Notes: generated from the sequence alone by a model not told the origin. Shown: positions 1 to 10,591, numbered from the stretch's first letter. The stretch: 64,000 nt of DNA from Chthoniobacteraceae bacterium (GCA_031409655.1 JANNXQ010000102.1:1-64000), one strand, 5' to 3'. Translations and numbers: made by a program.

Positions 1-279
<279 letters not shown>

Positions 280-368
280 TGCGCATGCGTTCGATGAGCG
301 GAAGCCGCAAGGAGCGGCGGAGACAGGACAACGCCCAGCGTTGCCCGGAGGGCGATGCTGCGCCGGAC

Positions 369-476
369 GCAGCATCGTCAACATCACCGCTGACGCCCGC
401 AAATACGCCGCCGAACAGGCGGATCTCCGAGGAAGAGGCGTTGAAGAAAGGCATGGAGGAGAAGTCGAACGATTAG
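369..476 (+). pseudogene. Degenerate second copy of the thiC 3' end
   Basis: NITADARKYAAEQ plus frameshifted ISEEEALKKGMEEKS aligns with Thi[30 protein letters not shown] just upstream. Confidence 0.8.
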
Positions 477-605
477 GGCGAGGGTGCGCTCTTGGAACGA
501 AGATTCAAGGCGGCGGTGCATTGCTAAAAGCGCTTCGCTAACTTTGGAACGAGAGAAATCTCGTGACTTCCCCTAGCCGGTTATGAATAACGGTATGTGA
601 TACCT

Positions 606-1529
606 ATGATTCGCACAAATTATCTTGAATCAATCACCCGCGGAGGTTGGGCCTCAGCACACTGGTGGACGGCTGTGTTCGGTGTCTGCGTTATATACGG
701 CATGAATCACTCAGTCCTTGGGGCGGAAACTGCGATGAGCGGCTCGTCCAGCAACTCAGGCGCCTTTCGCGCATACAGCAACAGTGGAGCAACCCTCCAA
801 GACGAAGTGGGCGCCGGCTTTCATCGTGCGAGCGCTCGGGCATCACTCGGTTCGGTTGGTGCGACGGCAGTCGCGATTTTTCACAAAGGAAAGGGCGTGC
901 CCATCGGCGGGGATGCGATGGCGGGAGCATCGTTCTCCGATGAAATGGTCATCACTGCGGATCGAGGATTTGGTAGCATAGCGCACTTCTCGCTGCAGCT
1001 TTTTGTTACTGGTCATCTCGTTCAGTTCGTATCGGATCAACCCAATGCTCATTTTGGCGCGTTCGCGGCGGTGGATTGGTTTTACGTGGCATATGCTCCC
1101 GCCGGCGTTGACCAACCCCCTCTGAGCGCATCTGGAAGAATGGAATTTGGTATTGGGTTTTACGGCAATACTCCCACGCCTGAGGAGATCGATCCCATAG
1201 GTAGCGAGTGGGGTTTCTATGTGGGTGGAAGAGTAGGATTTTCGGTTGGACTTCACGTGGAAGTGGCGGGGCAGATTGGCATGATGCCCGAAGATGAGTT
1301 TACGATCCCCGCTGGAGGCGCGTCCTACTTTGGCAACACCGTAAACTGGGGAGGAATCACAGGCGCAGTGGACTCGGAGGGAGTTGCGCTTCCCGGCCTT
1401 TCGATCACGTCGCCATCCGGTGTGGACTATTCCCAAGCCATTCCGGAACCTTCGACCACGATTCTCGCCGTGCTCGGCTTCATTGTCGTTTCTGCGCGCC
1501 GAAAGCGTTTCGGACTCGACGGCCGATGA
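606..1529 (+). CDS. PEP-CTERM sorting-domain surface protein
   Basis: C-terminus IPEPSTTILAVLGFIVVSARRKR (PEP, TM helix, basic cluster); visibly more AT-rich than neighbours; start uncertain (597/606). Confidence 0.85.
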   Translation: MIRTNYLESITRGGWASAHWWTAVFGVCVIYGMNHSVLGAETAMSGSSSNSGAFRAYSNSGATLQDEVGAGFHRASARASLGSVGATAVAIFHKGKGVPIGGDAMAGASFSDEMVITADRGFGSIAHFSLQLFVTGHLVQFVSDQPNAHFGAFAAVDWFYVAYAPAGVDQPPLSASGRMEFGIGFYGNTPTPEEIDPIGSEWGFYVGGRVGFSVGLHVEVAGQIGMMPEDEFTIPAGGASYFGNTVNWGGITGAVDSEGVALPGLSITSPSGVDYSQAIPEPSTTILAVLGFIVVSARRKRFGLDGR

Positions 1530-1548
1530 GGAGCATTCCGCGGTATCT

Positions 1549-1653
1549 ACAACCCTTTCAGAGTTGGCGGTTTTGTTGGGGTGGGATGGACCCAGGGTAG
1601 TTTCGTTGGAACGAAACAACCCTGGGCTGGATGATGGAACGCCGTTGGCGTTC
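1549..1653 (+). repeat. Three-hairpin REP-like repeat, copy 1
   Basis: AACCCTTTCAGAGTT...CCCAGGGTAG..CAACCCTGGGCTGGATGATGGAACGCCGTTGGCGTT, homologous to 2329-2426. Confidence 0.85.
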
Positions 1654-1699
1654 ACGCGTGCACTTCGCGCCGCGCCATTCCACTACGCAGCCACGGCAC

Positions 1700-1798
1700 A
1701 ATCCCAACGGGATTGAATCAACCAGCCCAGGGTTGCCCGCCGCGGGCTACCCTGGGAACCCGCCCACAAACGCGCCCCAACCCTGAAAGGGTTGAATC
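1700..1798 (-). repeat. Three-hairpin REP-like repeat, copy 2 (inverted)
   Basis: AATCCCAACGGGATT..CCAGCCCAGGGTTG..CTACCCTGGG..CAACCCTGAAAGGGTTGAATC is the reverse complement of the copy 1/3 consensus. Confidence 0.85.
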
Positions 1799-1844
1799 CA
1801 TCGGCCAACGAACAACCGCGACCCGCACCACCGCCGGGCCGGCA

Positions 1845-2300
1845 TCAATCCCAAACATACCGCTCATCGAACGCGATCTCGTAACGCTGCAACAACCGGC
1901 GGAATTCCTCCTGAAACGGAATCTTCCGATGATGCTCCTCCTGCACGGCGATGTAGGCGCGCACATCCTCGAGCTGCGATTGTCCGATCGAAAAAACGCC
2001 ATAGCCATTCTGCCACGCGAACTCCGCGAGCGCGGGGGATTTGGGTTTCAGCCACACGGTCGATCCGCGTTTCAATTCCTTCACCACGTCCGCCACCATG
2101 GCGGTGCGGGAATGCGCGAAGAGCACATGCACGTGATCCTCGACCCCGCCGATGATGAGGGGCTGGCATTCGAGATTCGTGAGGATGCCGCCGAGGTAGC
2201 GGTGGAGTTCTTCGCGGAGCGCTTGGTCTTTCAGAAATGGCCGCCGTTCCTTGGTCGAGAAGACCAGATGCAAAAGGATCTTTGCGAGCGATTGCGCCAT
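1845..2300 (-). mobile_element. tnpA: IS200/IS605-family HUH (Y1) transposase TnpA
   Basis: MAQSLAKILLHLVFSTKERRP...EDHVHVLF...WQNGYGVFS...YIAVQEEHH; HUH motif and catalytic Tyr present; flanked by hairpin repeats. Confidence 0.92.
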
Positions 2301-2328
2301 GGGGGGAGGGTGCGGGTTTTGGCGGCGT

Positions 2329-2426
2329 GATTCAACCCTTTCAGGGTTGGTCGCTGTGGGACCGATATCCCAGGGTAGCTCGTGCCTCGCAACCCTGGGC
2401 TGGATGATGGAATCCCGTTGGGATTC
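2329..2426 (+). repeat. Three-hairpin REP-like repeat, copy 3
   Basis: GATTCAACCCTTTCAGGGTTG..CCCAGGGTAG..CAACCCTGGGCTGGATGATGGAATCCCGTTGGGATTC. Confidence 0.85.
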
Positions 2427-2448
2427 GCAGACATGACCTCCGAGCGCC

Positions 2449-2600
2449 TGATGACCTCCGAGCACTTGATAGCCATCGCGCTGCAAACCGGACGCGCCAA
2501 GGACCACGCGCCGCTGGTCATGTTCGTCGGCGCCGGAATCGCCGCGAAGGTCGGCAGCCTCACGGAATCGTTGCGCGAGCACGGAGTGATCGAGTCGGGA
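2449..2600 (+). pseudogene. Probable gene fragment, C-terminal part of a nucleotidyltransferase-like hypothetical protein
   Basis: Protein-like stretch EHLIAIALQTGRAKDHA with no convincing N-terminus, abutting repeat copy 3; family call from memory only. Confidence 0.35.
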
Positions 2601-2658
2601 ATAGCTGCTTCGCCCTTTGTGGATGGAAGTCCGGGGCGATTGAGGAAACATTTGCGGA

Positions 2659-3120
2659 ATGAAACCAGTGACCGGTTATCACCTTATCGGGCCGGACGAC
2701 TTGCAGTGGCGTCCGTCGAATTTGATGCGCATCCCGAACGCCGATTTTCTGGAACGGACGGGGAGCGAGAACCTCGGGGCACGGCTGTGGCGGTTGCCGC
2801 CGGGGAGCGCGAATACGCTGCACCGGCACATCCGGCAGGAGGAGTTTTACTTCGTACTCGAAGGCGTGGGCCGGATGCGCGTCGGCGGCGAGACGCTGAC
2901 GGTGCCGAAGCACGGCGGGGTGCTCGTGGGTCCGGAGCAATTGCGGCAGGTCTTCAACGACACGGACTCCGAGACGCTTTGGCTGATCGTCGGCGCGCCG
3001 GAGGAACTGGAATTCCTCCAAGGCTCGAAGTCGCAGATGGACCTCTCGCCCTTCTACCCCGAGGACCCGACGCAACTCCCGCCGGAACTCGCGGGAAAAC
3101 AGTGGCCGCCGAAGGAGTGA
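2659..3120 (+). CDS. Cupin domain protein
   Basis: LHRHIRQEEFYFVLEGVG...GGVLVGPEQLRQV cupin motifs. Confidence 0.85.
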   Translation: MKPVTGYHLIGPDDLQWRPSNLMRIPNADFLERTGSENLGARLWRLPPGSANTLHRHIRQEEFYFVLEGVGRMRVGGETLTVPKHGGVLVGPEQLRQVFNDTDSETLWLIVGAPEELEFLQGSKSQMDLSPFYPEDPTQLPPELAGKQWPPKE

Positions 3121-3204
3121 GCGAGCAGGCGAAGTGGGCGCGCGTGGCGGCCATTTCGACTGACAAGTCGGCGGGCTCCTGGCGTCCATGGCGGCGGCTT
3201 GCAT

Positions 3205-3385
3205 CGCTACGGAGTCGCCGGATTGGCGCAAGGTTGAGTTTCGCTGGAAGTCGGGTGGGCCTTTGATCGACGGGAAGGCGCCGCGCGCCGCGGCCGCCCC
3301 TGCCGTGACCCGGAAGGACCCGAAGATCGTCTTGCACGACGGGCACTGGTATCGCTTCGGCACGCTGCGGATGAAGTCCGACCGC
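3205..3385 (+). pseudogene. Fragment of a GH62/GH43-like five-blade propeller glycosidase N-terminus
   Basis: FRWKSGGPLI...RKDPKIVLHDGHWYRFGTLR resembles the KDP catalytic-base region; similarity then breaks off. Confidence 0.5.
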
Positions 3386-3509
3386 AGGAGCATGCAAGAG
3401 CGCTGGAGCGAAGGTGCTCCCATGCAACCGGGTCGCACCGGCGTTCTTGGGGCTGGGCAGTGCGGGGCGCTTGCCCTGCCGTCCGCTCTGGCTTAAAACC
3501 GCCCCTCCT

Positions 3510-4394
3510 ATGTTCCAAGGCACTCACACTGCGCTCGTCACGCCCTTCACGAATGATCTCGTGGACGAGGCGGCCTATGCGCGACTCATCGAGGCGCAGG
3601 TCGCCGGCGGCGTCACCGGGATCGTTCCCGTGGGCACGACCGGCGAATCGCCCACGCTCACCCACACTGAACACATGCGAGTCATCGAACTCGGGGTGAA
3701 ACATGCGGCGAAGCGCGTGCAGGTGATCGCGGGCACGGGATCGAACTCCACGCGCGAGGCGGTGGCGATGACCGAGGAAGCGGAGCAACTGGGCGCGGAC
3801 GGCGCGCTGCTCGTGGCGCCTTATTACAACAAGCCTTCGCAGGAAGGGCTCTACCGGCACTTCGCGAAGATCGCGGCGAGCACCAAGCTGCCGCTCATTC
3901 TCTACAGCATCCCCGCCCGCTGTGGCATCGAGATCGGAGTGGAGACCACGGCGCGGCTGGCGCAGGAGTTTCCCAATATCGTCGCGATGAAGGAAGCCGG
4001 CGGCTCCGTCGAGCGCGTCAGTGCGCTGCGCGCGGCGACTCCTCCGCAGTTTGAGATTTTGTCCGGCGACGATTCGCTGACGCTGCCTTTCATGGCGGCG
4101 GGCGCGGTGGGCGTGATCAGCGTCGCGTCGAATATCATCCCCGAGCAGGTGGTGGCGCTGGTGCAGGCGGCGCTCGCCGGGGATTTCGGAAAAGCGCGCG
4201 GGCTGCACTTCCAGCTCTACACGCTTTTTAAGGACCTCTTCATCGAGCCGAATCCCGCACCCATCAAACACGCCCTGGCGCTCCAAGGCCGGATGAGCGG
4301 CGAGGTGCGTCTCCCGCTCTGTGAAATGGCGCCCGCAACGGCCGCAAAGCTCCAGGCAACGCTGCGCCAACTCCAACTCATCTCGGAGCGATGA
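3510..4394 (+). CDS. dapA: 4-hydroxy-tetrahydrodipicolinate synthase
   Basis: TALVTPF, GTTGES, PYYNKP, YSIPAR, MKEA (Schiff-base Lys), SGDD. Confidence 0.97.
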   Translation: MFQGTHTALVTPFTNDLVDEAAYARLIEAQVAGGVTGIVPVGTTGESPTLTHTEHMRVIELGVKHAAKRVQVIAGTGSNSTREAVAMTEEAEQLGADGALLVAPYYNKPSQEGLYRHFAKIAASTKLPLILYSIPARCGIEIGVETTARLAQEFPNIVAMKEAGGSVERVSALRAATPPQFEILSGDDSLTLPFMAAGAVGVISVASNIIPEQVVALVQAALAGDFGKARGLHFQLYTLFKDLFIEPNPAPIKHALALQGRMSGEVRLPLCEMAPATAAKLQATLRQLQLISER

Positions 4395-5134
4395 CCACTC
4401 CACTCCGCCTCCTCGTGAACGGCGCCAAAGGGCGCATGGGTCAGACGATCATCGAGTGTGCGCGCGCCGATGCCGCCTTTCAGGTGAGCGCGCAGATCGA
4501 TGATGGCGACGACTTCGCCGCGGCCTTGCCGGGCTGCGATGCGGTCATCGACTTCAGCCACCATGCCGTCGTCGAACCGGTGCTCGCGCGCTGTCTGGAA
4601 CATCGGAAGACGCTGGTCATCGGCACGACGGGGCACACCGACGGACAACTCGCCGCGATCCGGCACGCGGCCGCGCAGATCCCAGTGGTCTTCGCGCCGA
4701 ACTTCAGCATCGGGGTGAACGCCCTCTTTTGGCTCACGCAGAAGGCGGCGGAGATTCTCGGTCCGGACTTTGATCTCGAAGTCGTCGAGATGCATCACCG
4801 GCTGAAGAAAGACTCCCCGAGTGGTACGGCGCGGCGTCTCGCGGAGATCCTCGCGGAAGCGCGCGAGCTGGATTACGCGAAGGACACGCGGCACGGCCGG
4901 CACGGCATCGTGGGCGAACGCACGAAAACGGAGATCGGCATGCACGCGGTGCGCGGCGGCGATGTCGTGGGCGATCACACCGTGATCTTCGCGGCGAATG
5001 GCGAGCGCGTGGAACTCACGCACAAAGCTTCAAGTCGCGAGACCTTTGCCCGCGGGGCCATCCACGCCGCTGCCTGGGCGCACGGCAAGCCCGCCGGGCT
5101 CTACGACATGCAGGACGTGCTGGGGCTGAAATGA
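4391..5134 (+). CDS. dapB: 4-hydroxy-tetrahydrodipicolinate reductase
   Basis: GAKGRMG, GTTG, EMHHRLKKDSPSGTA; overlaps the dapA stop. Confidence 0.97.
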   Translation: MTTPLRLLVNGAKGRMGQTIIECARADAAFQVSAQIDDGDDFAAALPGCDAVIDFSHHAVVEPVLARCLEHRKTLVIGTTGHTDGQLAAIRHAAAQIPVVFAPNFSIGVNALFWLTQKAAEILGPDFDLEVVEMHHRLKKDSPSGTARRLAEILAEARELDYAKDTRHGRHGIVGERTKTEIGMHAVRGGDVVGDHTVIFAANGERVELTHKASSRETFARGAIHAAAWAHGKPAGLYDMQDVLGLK

Positions 5135-5198
5135 AGGATGAAGTGGTGCGTCGAGCGCTGCTCAGCTTCATTCTTCAGCCCTGATCCTTCATCCTTCC
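5127..5198. repeat. Heptamer-based inverted repeat (GATGAAG / CTTCATC arms)
   Basis: TGAAATGAAGGATGAAG...CTTCATTCTTCAGCCCTGATCCTTCATCCTTC between dapB and folK. Confidence 0.6.
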
Positions 5199-5202
5199 AT
5201 AG

Positions 5203-5709
5203 ATGCGCACCGGGCTCGCACTTGGCTCGAATCTCGGCGACCGGCTGGGGAATTTGTGCGCGGCGCGCGCGGCGGTGTTCGCTTTGCCCGGGGTCTCCGC
5301 ACCACACCTGTCTTCGCGGATCTACGATACCGAGCCGGTGGACACGGAGCCGGAGGCGCAGCCGTTTCTCAATGCGGTGATCGAGGTGGAATACAACGGC
5401 CCGCCGATCGCGTTGCTCGCTGAGTTGCAAGGCATCGAGCAACGACTCGGGCGCGCGTCGAAACATCCGCGCAATGCTCCGCGCACGATCGACCTCGATA
5501 TCCTCTACTGCGGCGACCTTGTTCTCGCGCGCGACGAAATCGCCATCCCTCATCCTCGCTTGCACCTGCGCCGCTTCGTCCTCAGCCCGCTCGCCGATCT
5601 CCGCCCAAACTTGGTGTTACCGGGGCAGACGCAATCCGTGGCCGCGTTGCTCGCGGGCTTGCACGATCCTGCGGGTGTGAAACTCTCGCGCCTCACCTGG
5701 CCTGCATGA
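5203..5709 (+). CDS. folK: 2-amino-4-hydroxy-6-hydroxymethyldihydropteridine diphosphokinase
   Basis: ALGSNLGDR, FLNAV, PRTIDLDIL, IPHPR. Confidence 0.96.
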   Translation: MRTGLALGSNLGDRLGNLCAARAAVFALPGVSAPHLSSRIYDTEPVDTEPEAQPFLNAVIEVEYNGPPIALLAELQGIEQRLGRASKHPRNAPRTIDLDILYCGDLVLARDEIAIPHPRLHLRRFVLSPLADLRPNLVLPGQTQSVAALLAGLHDPAGVKLSRLTWPA

Positions 5710-6464
5710 GCGTCCCCATTTCCCAACTCCGTGCCATGAAAGAGCGCCGTGAGAAAATCGCGGTGCTCACGGCGTACGATTATCCCACGGCGCGACTGCT
5801 CGACGAGAGCGGCATCGACATGGTGCTCGTGGGCGACTCCGTGGGCATGGTCGTGCTGGGGTATCCGGACACCACTTTGGTGACGATGGAGGAAATGCTC
5901 CACCACACGCGAGCCGTGGCGCGCGGGATTCAGCGGGCGTGCATTCTCGCCGATCTGCCCATCGCGAGCTACGACACGCCGGAGCAGGCGGTGGCCAATG
6001 CGCGGCGGTTCATCGAAGCCGGCGCGCACGCGGTGAAGCTGGAAGGCGGCGCTTCGCACGAGGCGCAGATCCGCGCCCTGCGCGCGGCGGGCATCGAAGT
6101 GATGGCGCACATCGGCATGCAGCCGCAGCGCGTGCGGATCGAGGGCGGCTATCGCGTGAAAGGGAAGACGCCGGAGGAAGCCGATCGGCTGCTCGCCGAT
6201 GCTGCCACGGTCACGGAGGCGGGCGCCTTTGGTCTGCTGCTGGAGCTGGTGAAAGCGGATGTCGCCGCGCAGATCACGGCGTCGATCCCGATCCCGACGA
6301 TCGGCATCGGCGCCGGCCCGGACTGCGACGGACAGGTGCTCGTGATCCACGATCTCATCGGCCTCTTCCCGTGGTTCACGCCGAAATTTGCCAAGCCGCA
6401 AGCGCACGTCGCGGACGAAATCCGCGGTGCGGTGGCAAAATATCTCGCGAGCGTGCGCGGCTAA
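5706..6464 (+). CDS. panB: 3-methyl-2-oxobutanoate hydroxymethyltransferase
   Basis: LTAYD, LVGDS, VKLEGG, HIGMQPQ, IGIGAG...DGQVLV. Confidence 0.97.
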   Translation: MSVPISQLRAMKERREKIAVLTAYDYPTARLLDESGIDMVLVGDSVGMVVLGYPDTTLVTMEEMLHHTRAVARGIQRACILADLPIASYDTPEQAVANARRFIEAGAHAVKLEGGASHEAQIRALRAAGIEVMAHIGMQPQRVRIEGGYRVKGKTPEEADRLLADAATVTEAGAFGLLLELVKADVAAQITASIPIPTIGIGAGPDCDGQVLVIHDLIGLFPWFTPKFAKPQAHVADEIRGAVAKYLASVRG

Positions 6465-6471
6465 GCGTCGG

Positions 6472-8295
6472 CTACTCCGGCCACTCGCCTGAGCCGAGCA
6501 GGCGCAGGGTGGTGAGACCCTCGATCTCGGCGACGTGCGGATCGGCCGTGCCGGTGACGAAGAAGACGCGGCCATTCTGAGTTTGGGCGAGGCCGCGCGG
6601 CTGAGGACCGGTCGGGACAGTCAACGCGATCGGCAGATTCACGGCGGCAAGAGTCAGCGAATCCGGCGAGGCGGTAATTTTCACCTGACCAATTCCCGCC
6701 ACGCTGAGCATCCATTCATTTTTCGGCGGCAGCACGGACGTTGGCGCATCGACTGTCTGCCAGTCGCCGGGCGTGCGTCTTTCAAAGAAACGCCGCACAG
6801 AGGTACCGTCCGCTGCCGTCGTGCTGACGGCGAGGATCTGACGCCCACTTTCTTCGATGAACCGCGCGTCCTCCATGCCTTCTCGCGTGATTACTCCGAC
6901 ACACGCCGACTCACCCGTCGCGCGATCAATCCGCCATTCGCAACCCTGCGCAATCAAGATCCCCGGATCACCTGGGAAAACCGCGGCGCCGGTGTTTCGC
7001 TGGTCAAGCGGGCCGAAGTGCTCGCGCACGAGTTGCGCTTCTTTTCCCGAGGTCGTCCACACGCTGAAACGCTTTGGCCACGCACCGCCTTCGGCCACCC
7101 AGAGTTGGCCGCGCGCATCGATGGCCAGGCTGCGAATGTCGCGGAGGGCACGCGCTTCCCAGGCACCGAGTTCTTCGCGGCCACCGGGCTTGCCGACGCT
7201 GAAGGTATAGCCGCTCGGGTCCGCCGCGGGGCGCACCTGCACTTGCGATTGCGGCGCAGCGAGACCGAAGAAGAGCTGCACGTCACCGCTCTTCATCGTC
7301 TCGGCGCGCATGGTGAAGGCGGTGATGCGCTCGTCTTCCGCGAGGCGCCGCGTGGTATTCATCGCCACCCATGGCGGATCGTGCGGCATCACAAAGTAAC
7401 TCGCCGCGCGGCCCATGAGCACGGCAACTCCGAAGTCCGCAACTTCCATGGCGCCGGTGTCGGGCGCTTGCAGCGGCGTGGTCGAGAGGGCCATCGGGCC
7501 GGGCTCCGGTGCGGAGAGCGTGGTGACGTAATGGCCAGCGCGCGCATCGAGCACGGCGATGAAGCCGGGCTGCGTGAAGCTGAGATAGAGACGGTCATTG
7601 CCCACGGCGAGGGCGTCGGCGGAGATCGGCTGCAGGTCGGCATCCGCAGGCCAGAGGCTGGCGATGCGGAGAAAGCGTTCGCCCTTTCCCTCCCAGGGCA
7701 GCGGCGCGCCGGACTTTGCGTCGAGCTTGTAGAGCACGCTGCCGGGCGTCGATGCAGCGCCGCCGTGGCCAAGCACGAAGACCGTGCCTTTCTCCGCCGC
7801 AAGGGCGCGCACTCCGCACGGCCCGGTCTCGCGATGGGTCCACTGAACGGTGCCGTCTGGGTCCACGGCCACGAGCGGCGTGCCGGCCAGCGCACCGCTC
7901 CAGCCGAGGTACACTTGCGCTGCGTCCGCGGCCACGGCACTCGGAGTGCCATCGTCGCCACCGAGCACCACGTCAGTCGGCCCGCCCGTGAAGCCGGAAA
8001 AACCTGCGCCTCGCGGTGCGGACCGGAGCTCTCCGTGCGCTCCCGCAGTCCATTGCCACGCGCCTGCCGGGAATTCACCCCGCGGCTCACCATCCACGAA
8101 CAGCTTCCCCTCACGCGCTGCGACGACGTGCTCGGCGGCCGTGAGCTTTTCGCCGTCGAGCACCCGGTGCCGCTTGCCACCCGCATTGCGCAGTTCAAAG
8201 GTGACGAAAGCTTCCCGCTCAAGCGTGAACTGGACGCCGGGATGGCGGGAGCAACTGGCGAGCAGCACGAGTGCGAGCAGAAGGAAGGGGCGCAT
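6472..8295 (-). CDS. Hypothetical lipoprotein with beta-propeller (NHL/PQQ-like) region
   Basis: MRPFLLLALVLLASC lipobox; repeats such as SLAIDARGQLWVAE. Confidence 0.75.
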   Translation of the reverse strand: MRPFLLLALVLLASCSRHPGVQFTLEREAFVTFELRNAGGKRHRVLDGEKLTAAEHVVAAREGKLFVDGEPRGEFPAGAWQWTAGAHGELRSAPRGAGFSGFTGGPTDVVLGGDDGTPSAVAADAAQVYLGWSGALAGTPLVAVDPDGTVQWTHRETGPCGVRALAAEKGTVFVLGHGGAASTPGSVLYKLDAKSGAPLPWEGKGERFLRIASLWPADADLQPISADALAVGNDRLYLSFTQPGFIAVLDARAGHYVTTLSAPEPGPMALSTTPLQAPDTGAMEVADFGVAVLMGRAASYFVMPHDPPWVAMNTTRRLAEDERITAFTMRAETMKSGDVQLFFGLAAPQSQVQVRPAADPSGYTFSVGKPGGREELGAWEARALRDIRSLAIDARGQLWVAEGGAWPKRFSVWTTSGKEAQLVREHFGPLDQRNTGAAVFPGDPGILIAQGCEWRIDRATGESACVGVITREGMEDARFIEESGRQILAVSTTAADGTSVRRFFERRTPGDWQTVDAPTSVLPPKNEWMLSVAGIGQVKITASPDSLTLAAVNLPIALTVPTGPQPRGLAQTQNGRVFFVTGTADPHVAEIEGLTTLRLLGSGEWPE

Positions 8296-8539
8296 CGCGG
8301 CTTCTTTTAGGGGCGCGAGGGAGCGGTGGCGAGCCTCCGCAAAGCGCCAATCGCAAGCGGTTCGCTCGCCGCATTTTTGATAACGAGGAGAATGGCAGGC
8401 GGGCACATTTAGTATGAGACCCGCCGCAAAATGACCACACACCACAGCCCCTAGTGGGACCCTTCGGTGGCACATTCTAGGCTTGAGAGATTGACCGGTC
8501 CTTTCATCCGGGCTTACGAACAACTCCATCCAAGCACTC

Positions 8540-10591
8540 ATGTCCTCACTTTCGCTCTTTTCCCGCCGCTCCTGGTGGCTCCTCCTCACGGCTTGGACGA
8601 TCGCGGCGGCTGGCCCGGCTCAGGCGGCGCTGAATGCGCAGGAGCAGGAACTCGCGAACCGCGTGATCAACGACGCCGGCCAGTCGCGCGCCTCGGTCTC
8701 GATCGATCCCATCCTCTCCACCGTGGCCCGCGCAAAAGCCGCCGACATGGCGAACCGCGAATATTTTGCCCACACCGATCCCGACGGCCACGGCGCGAAT
8801 TTCCTCGTCCGCCAAGCTGGCTACACGCTGCCCGCGGACTACTCGACCTCACCCGCGGCCAATAACATCGAGTCCCTCGCCGCCGGCTACGCGACGGTCG
8901 CCGATGTCTGGGAAGGCTGGATGGATTCGCCATCGCACAAGACGCACATCCTCGGGAAGAGCACTTTTTTCGCCGCGCAGACCTCGCTCGGCGTCGGCTT
9001 TTATCAAAAGAGCGACGCCCCGTATCGCTACTATTGGGTGATCCTCACCGCGCCGGCGAGCGCCCCGAAGCTGACCATCGCCAGCCCCGCGGCGGGTGCC
9101 GCACTGACGAGTTCGGAAGTGGAAGTCACCGGGACCATGGGCGGCCTTCCGCTGGCGGCGCGCGTGGAGGTGCAGTTGGAGAATGCCGCTGGCACTGGCG
9201 CCTTCGCCACCGCGACCGGGACCACGGGTTGGAGCGCCACGGTGTCGGGCCTCATCCAGGGAAAAAATACGATCCGCGTGCGCAGCATCGGCAGCGGCGG
9301 CAACGTCCTGCTGACCCTGGCGCGGGAAGTGCGGCTCATCGTCACCACGCCTTTGACCGTCGCGATCGAGGGCGACGGCGCGGTGACGAAAGGTTTCGCC
9401 GGAACGTCCACCCGCGAAGTCGGCGTGAATTTCACCGTCACCGCGACCCCCGCTGCGGGCTCGATTTTCGCCGGGTGGGCCGGTGGCTCTAGCGTGACCA
9501 CCCCCGCGTTGACGATGCGCATGGCGGAGGGCCTCACGCTCACCGCGCGTTTCGTCGCAAATCCCTTTCTCACCTTGAAAGGCGGCTACAATGGGCTGCT
9601 GGAATCCGCAACTTCCGACCATGACACGGCCGGTCTGGTGCGCGTGACTTTGGCCACCACGGGTGCGGTCAGCGGCAAAGTCACGGTGGGCGGGCTGACG
9701 TATTCATTCACTGGGAAGCTGAACGTCGAGGGCAACGCGACGATCGCGGTCAGCCGCGGAAAACTGACGCCGCTGACGCTGACTCTGGACCTCGACACGA
9801 CGGGCGGCTCGGAGCGCATCACCGGCACCGTGAGCGACGGCTCTTTCACGTCGGAATTTTCCAGCGATCGTGCCTGGCAGCCTGGCAGCGAACCGAGCGC
9901 CTATGCGGGCCGCTACACCGTGGTGCTGCCCCCTGATCCAGAGGATGGGAACATGCCGAATGGCGCGGGCTGGGCCACGCTTACCGTCTCGGCCAGCGGT
10001 GTCGCCTCGCTGGTTGGCGCGCTGGCCGATGGCTCCGCGATTTCCGCGAGCGCGACCGTTTCAAAAGACGGCGTGTTGCCGATCTACCGAGTGCTCTTCG
10101 CGCCCGCTGGTTCCATCGCCGGCAAGATCCTTTTCCGCGCAGGAAACGGCAGCGACCTCGACGGCACCTACCTGTGGACAAAGCCCGAGCGCCCCACCAG
10201 CCGGACTTTTCCGGGTGCTTTCAGCGCGGCCAAATCGTTCATCGGCAGCCGCTACACGGCACCGGTTTCGGGGCAGACCGTGCTCCCGGTTTCGTCCAGC
10301 GCGAACAATCTCATCGTGACGGTGACGGGCGGAAATCTGGAGTCCCCCGTAGCCCAGCCCGCGACGCTCGCGACGAACAATCGCGTGACGATCCCCACGC
10401 CACTCTTGAAGGGCTTCGCCACCACGATCACCGCCTCCACCGGCCGTTTTTCGGGCAGCTTCGCCGATCCCACGACGAAAGCGGTGCGGCGCTACTACGG
10501 CGTGCTCTTGCAGAAGCAAGGACGCGGCTTCGGCTACTTCCTCGGGACGGATTCCAGCGGCCACGCAGAGCTCGCTCCGGGCGGCGGATAG
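8540..10591 (+). CDS. Secreted CAP/SCP-domain protein with Ig-like and internally repeated beta domains
   Basis: Signal peptide; ARAKAADMANREYFAHTDPDG...WMDSPSHKTHIL...YYWV; FAGW bacterial-repeat-like segment. Confidence 0.85.
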   Translation: MSSLSLFSRRSWWLLLTAWTIAAAGPAQAALNAQEQELANRVINDAGQSRASVSIDPILSTVARAKAADMANREYFAHTDPDGHGANFLVRQAGYTLPADYSTSPAANNIESLAAGYATVADVWEGWMDSPSHKTHILGKSTFFAAQTSLGVGFYQKSDAPYRYYWVILTAPASAPKLTIASPAAGAALTSSEVEVTGTMGGLPLAARVEVQLENAAGTGAFATATGTTGWSATVSGLIQGKNTIRVRSIGSGGNVLLTLAREVRLIVTTPLTVAIEGDGAVTKGFAGTSTREVGVNFTVTATPAAGSIFAGWAGGSSVTTPALTMRMAEGLTLTARFVANPFLTLKGGYNGLLESATSDHDTAGLVRVTLATTGAVSGKVTVGGLTYSFTGKLNVEGNATIAVSRGKLTPLTLTLDLDTTGGSERITGTVSDGSFTSEFSSDRAWQPGSEPSAYAGRYTVVLPPDPEDGNMPNGAGWATLTVSASGVASLVGALADGSAISASATVSKDGVLPIYRVLFAPAGSIAGKILFRAGNGSDLDGTYLWTKPERPTSRTFPGAFSAAKSFIGSRYTAPVSGQTVLPVSSSANNLIVTVTGGNLESPVAQPATLATNNRVTIPTPLLKGFATTITASTGRFSGSFADPTTKAVRRYYGVLLQKQGRGFGYFLGTDSSGHAELAPGGG

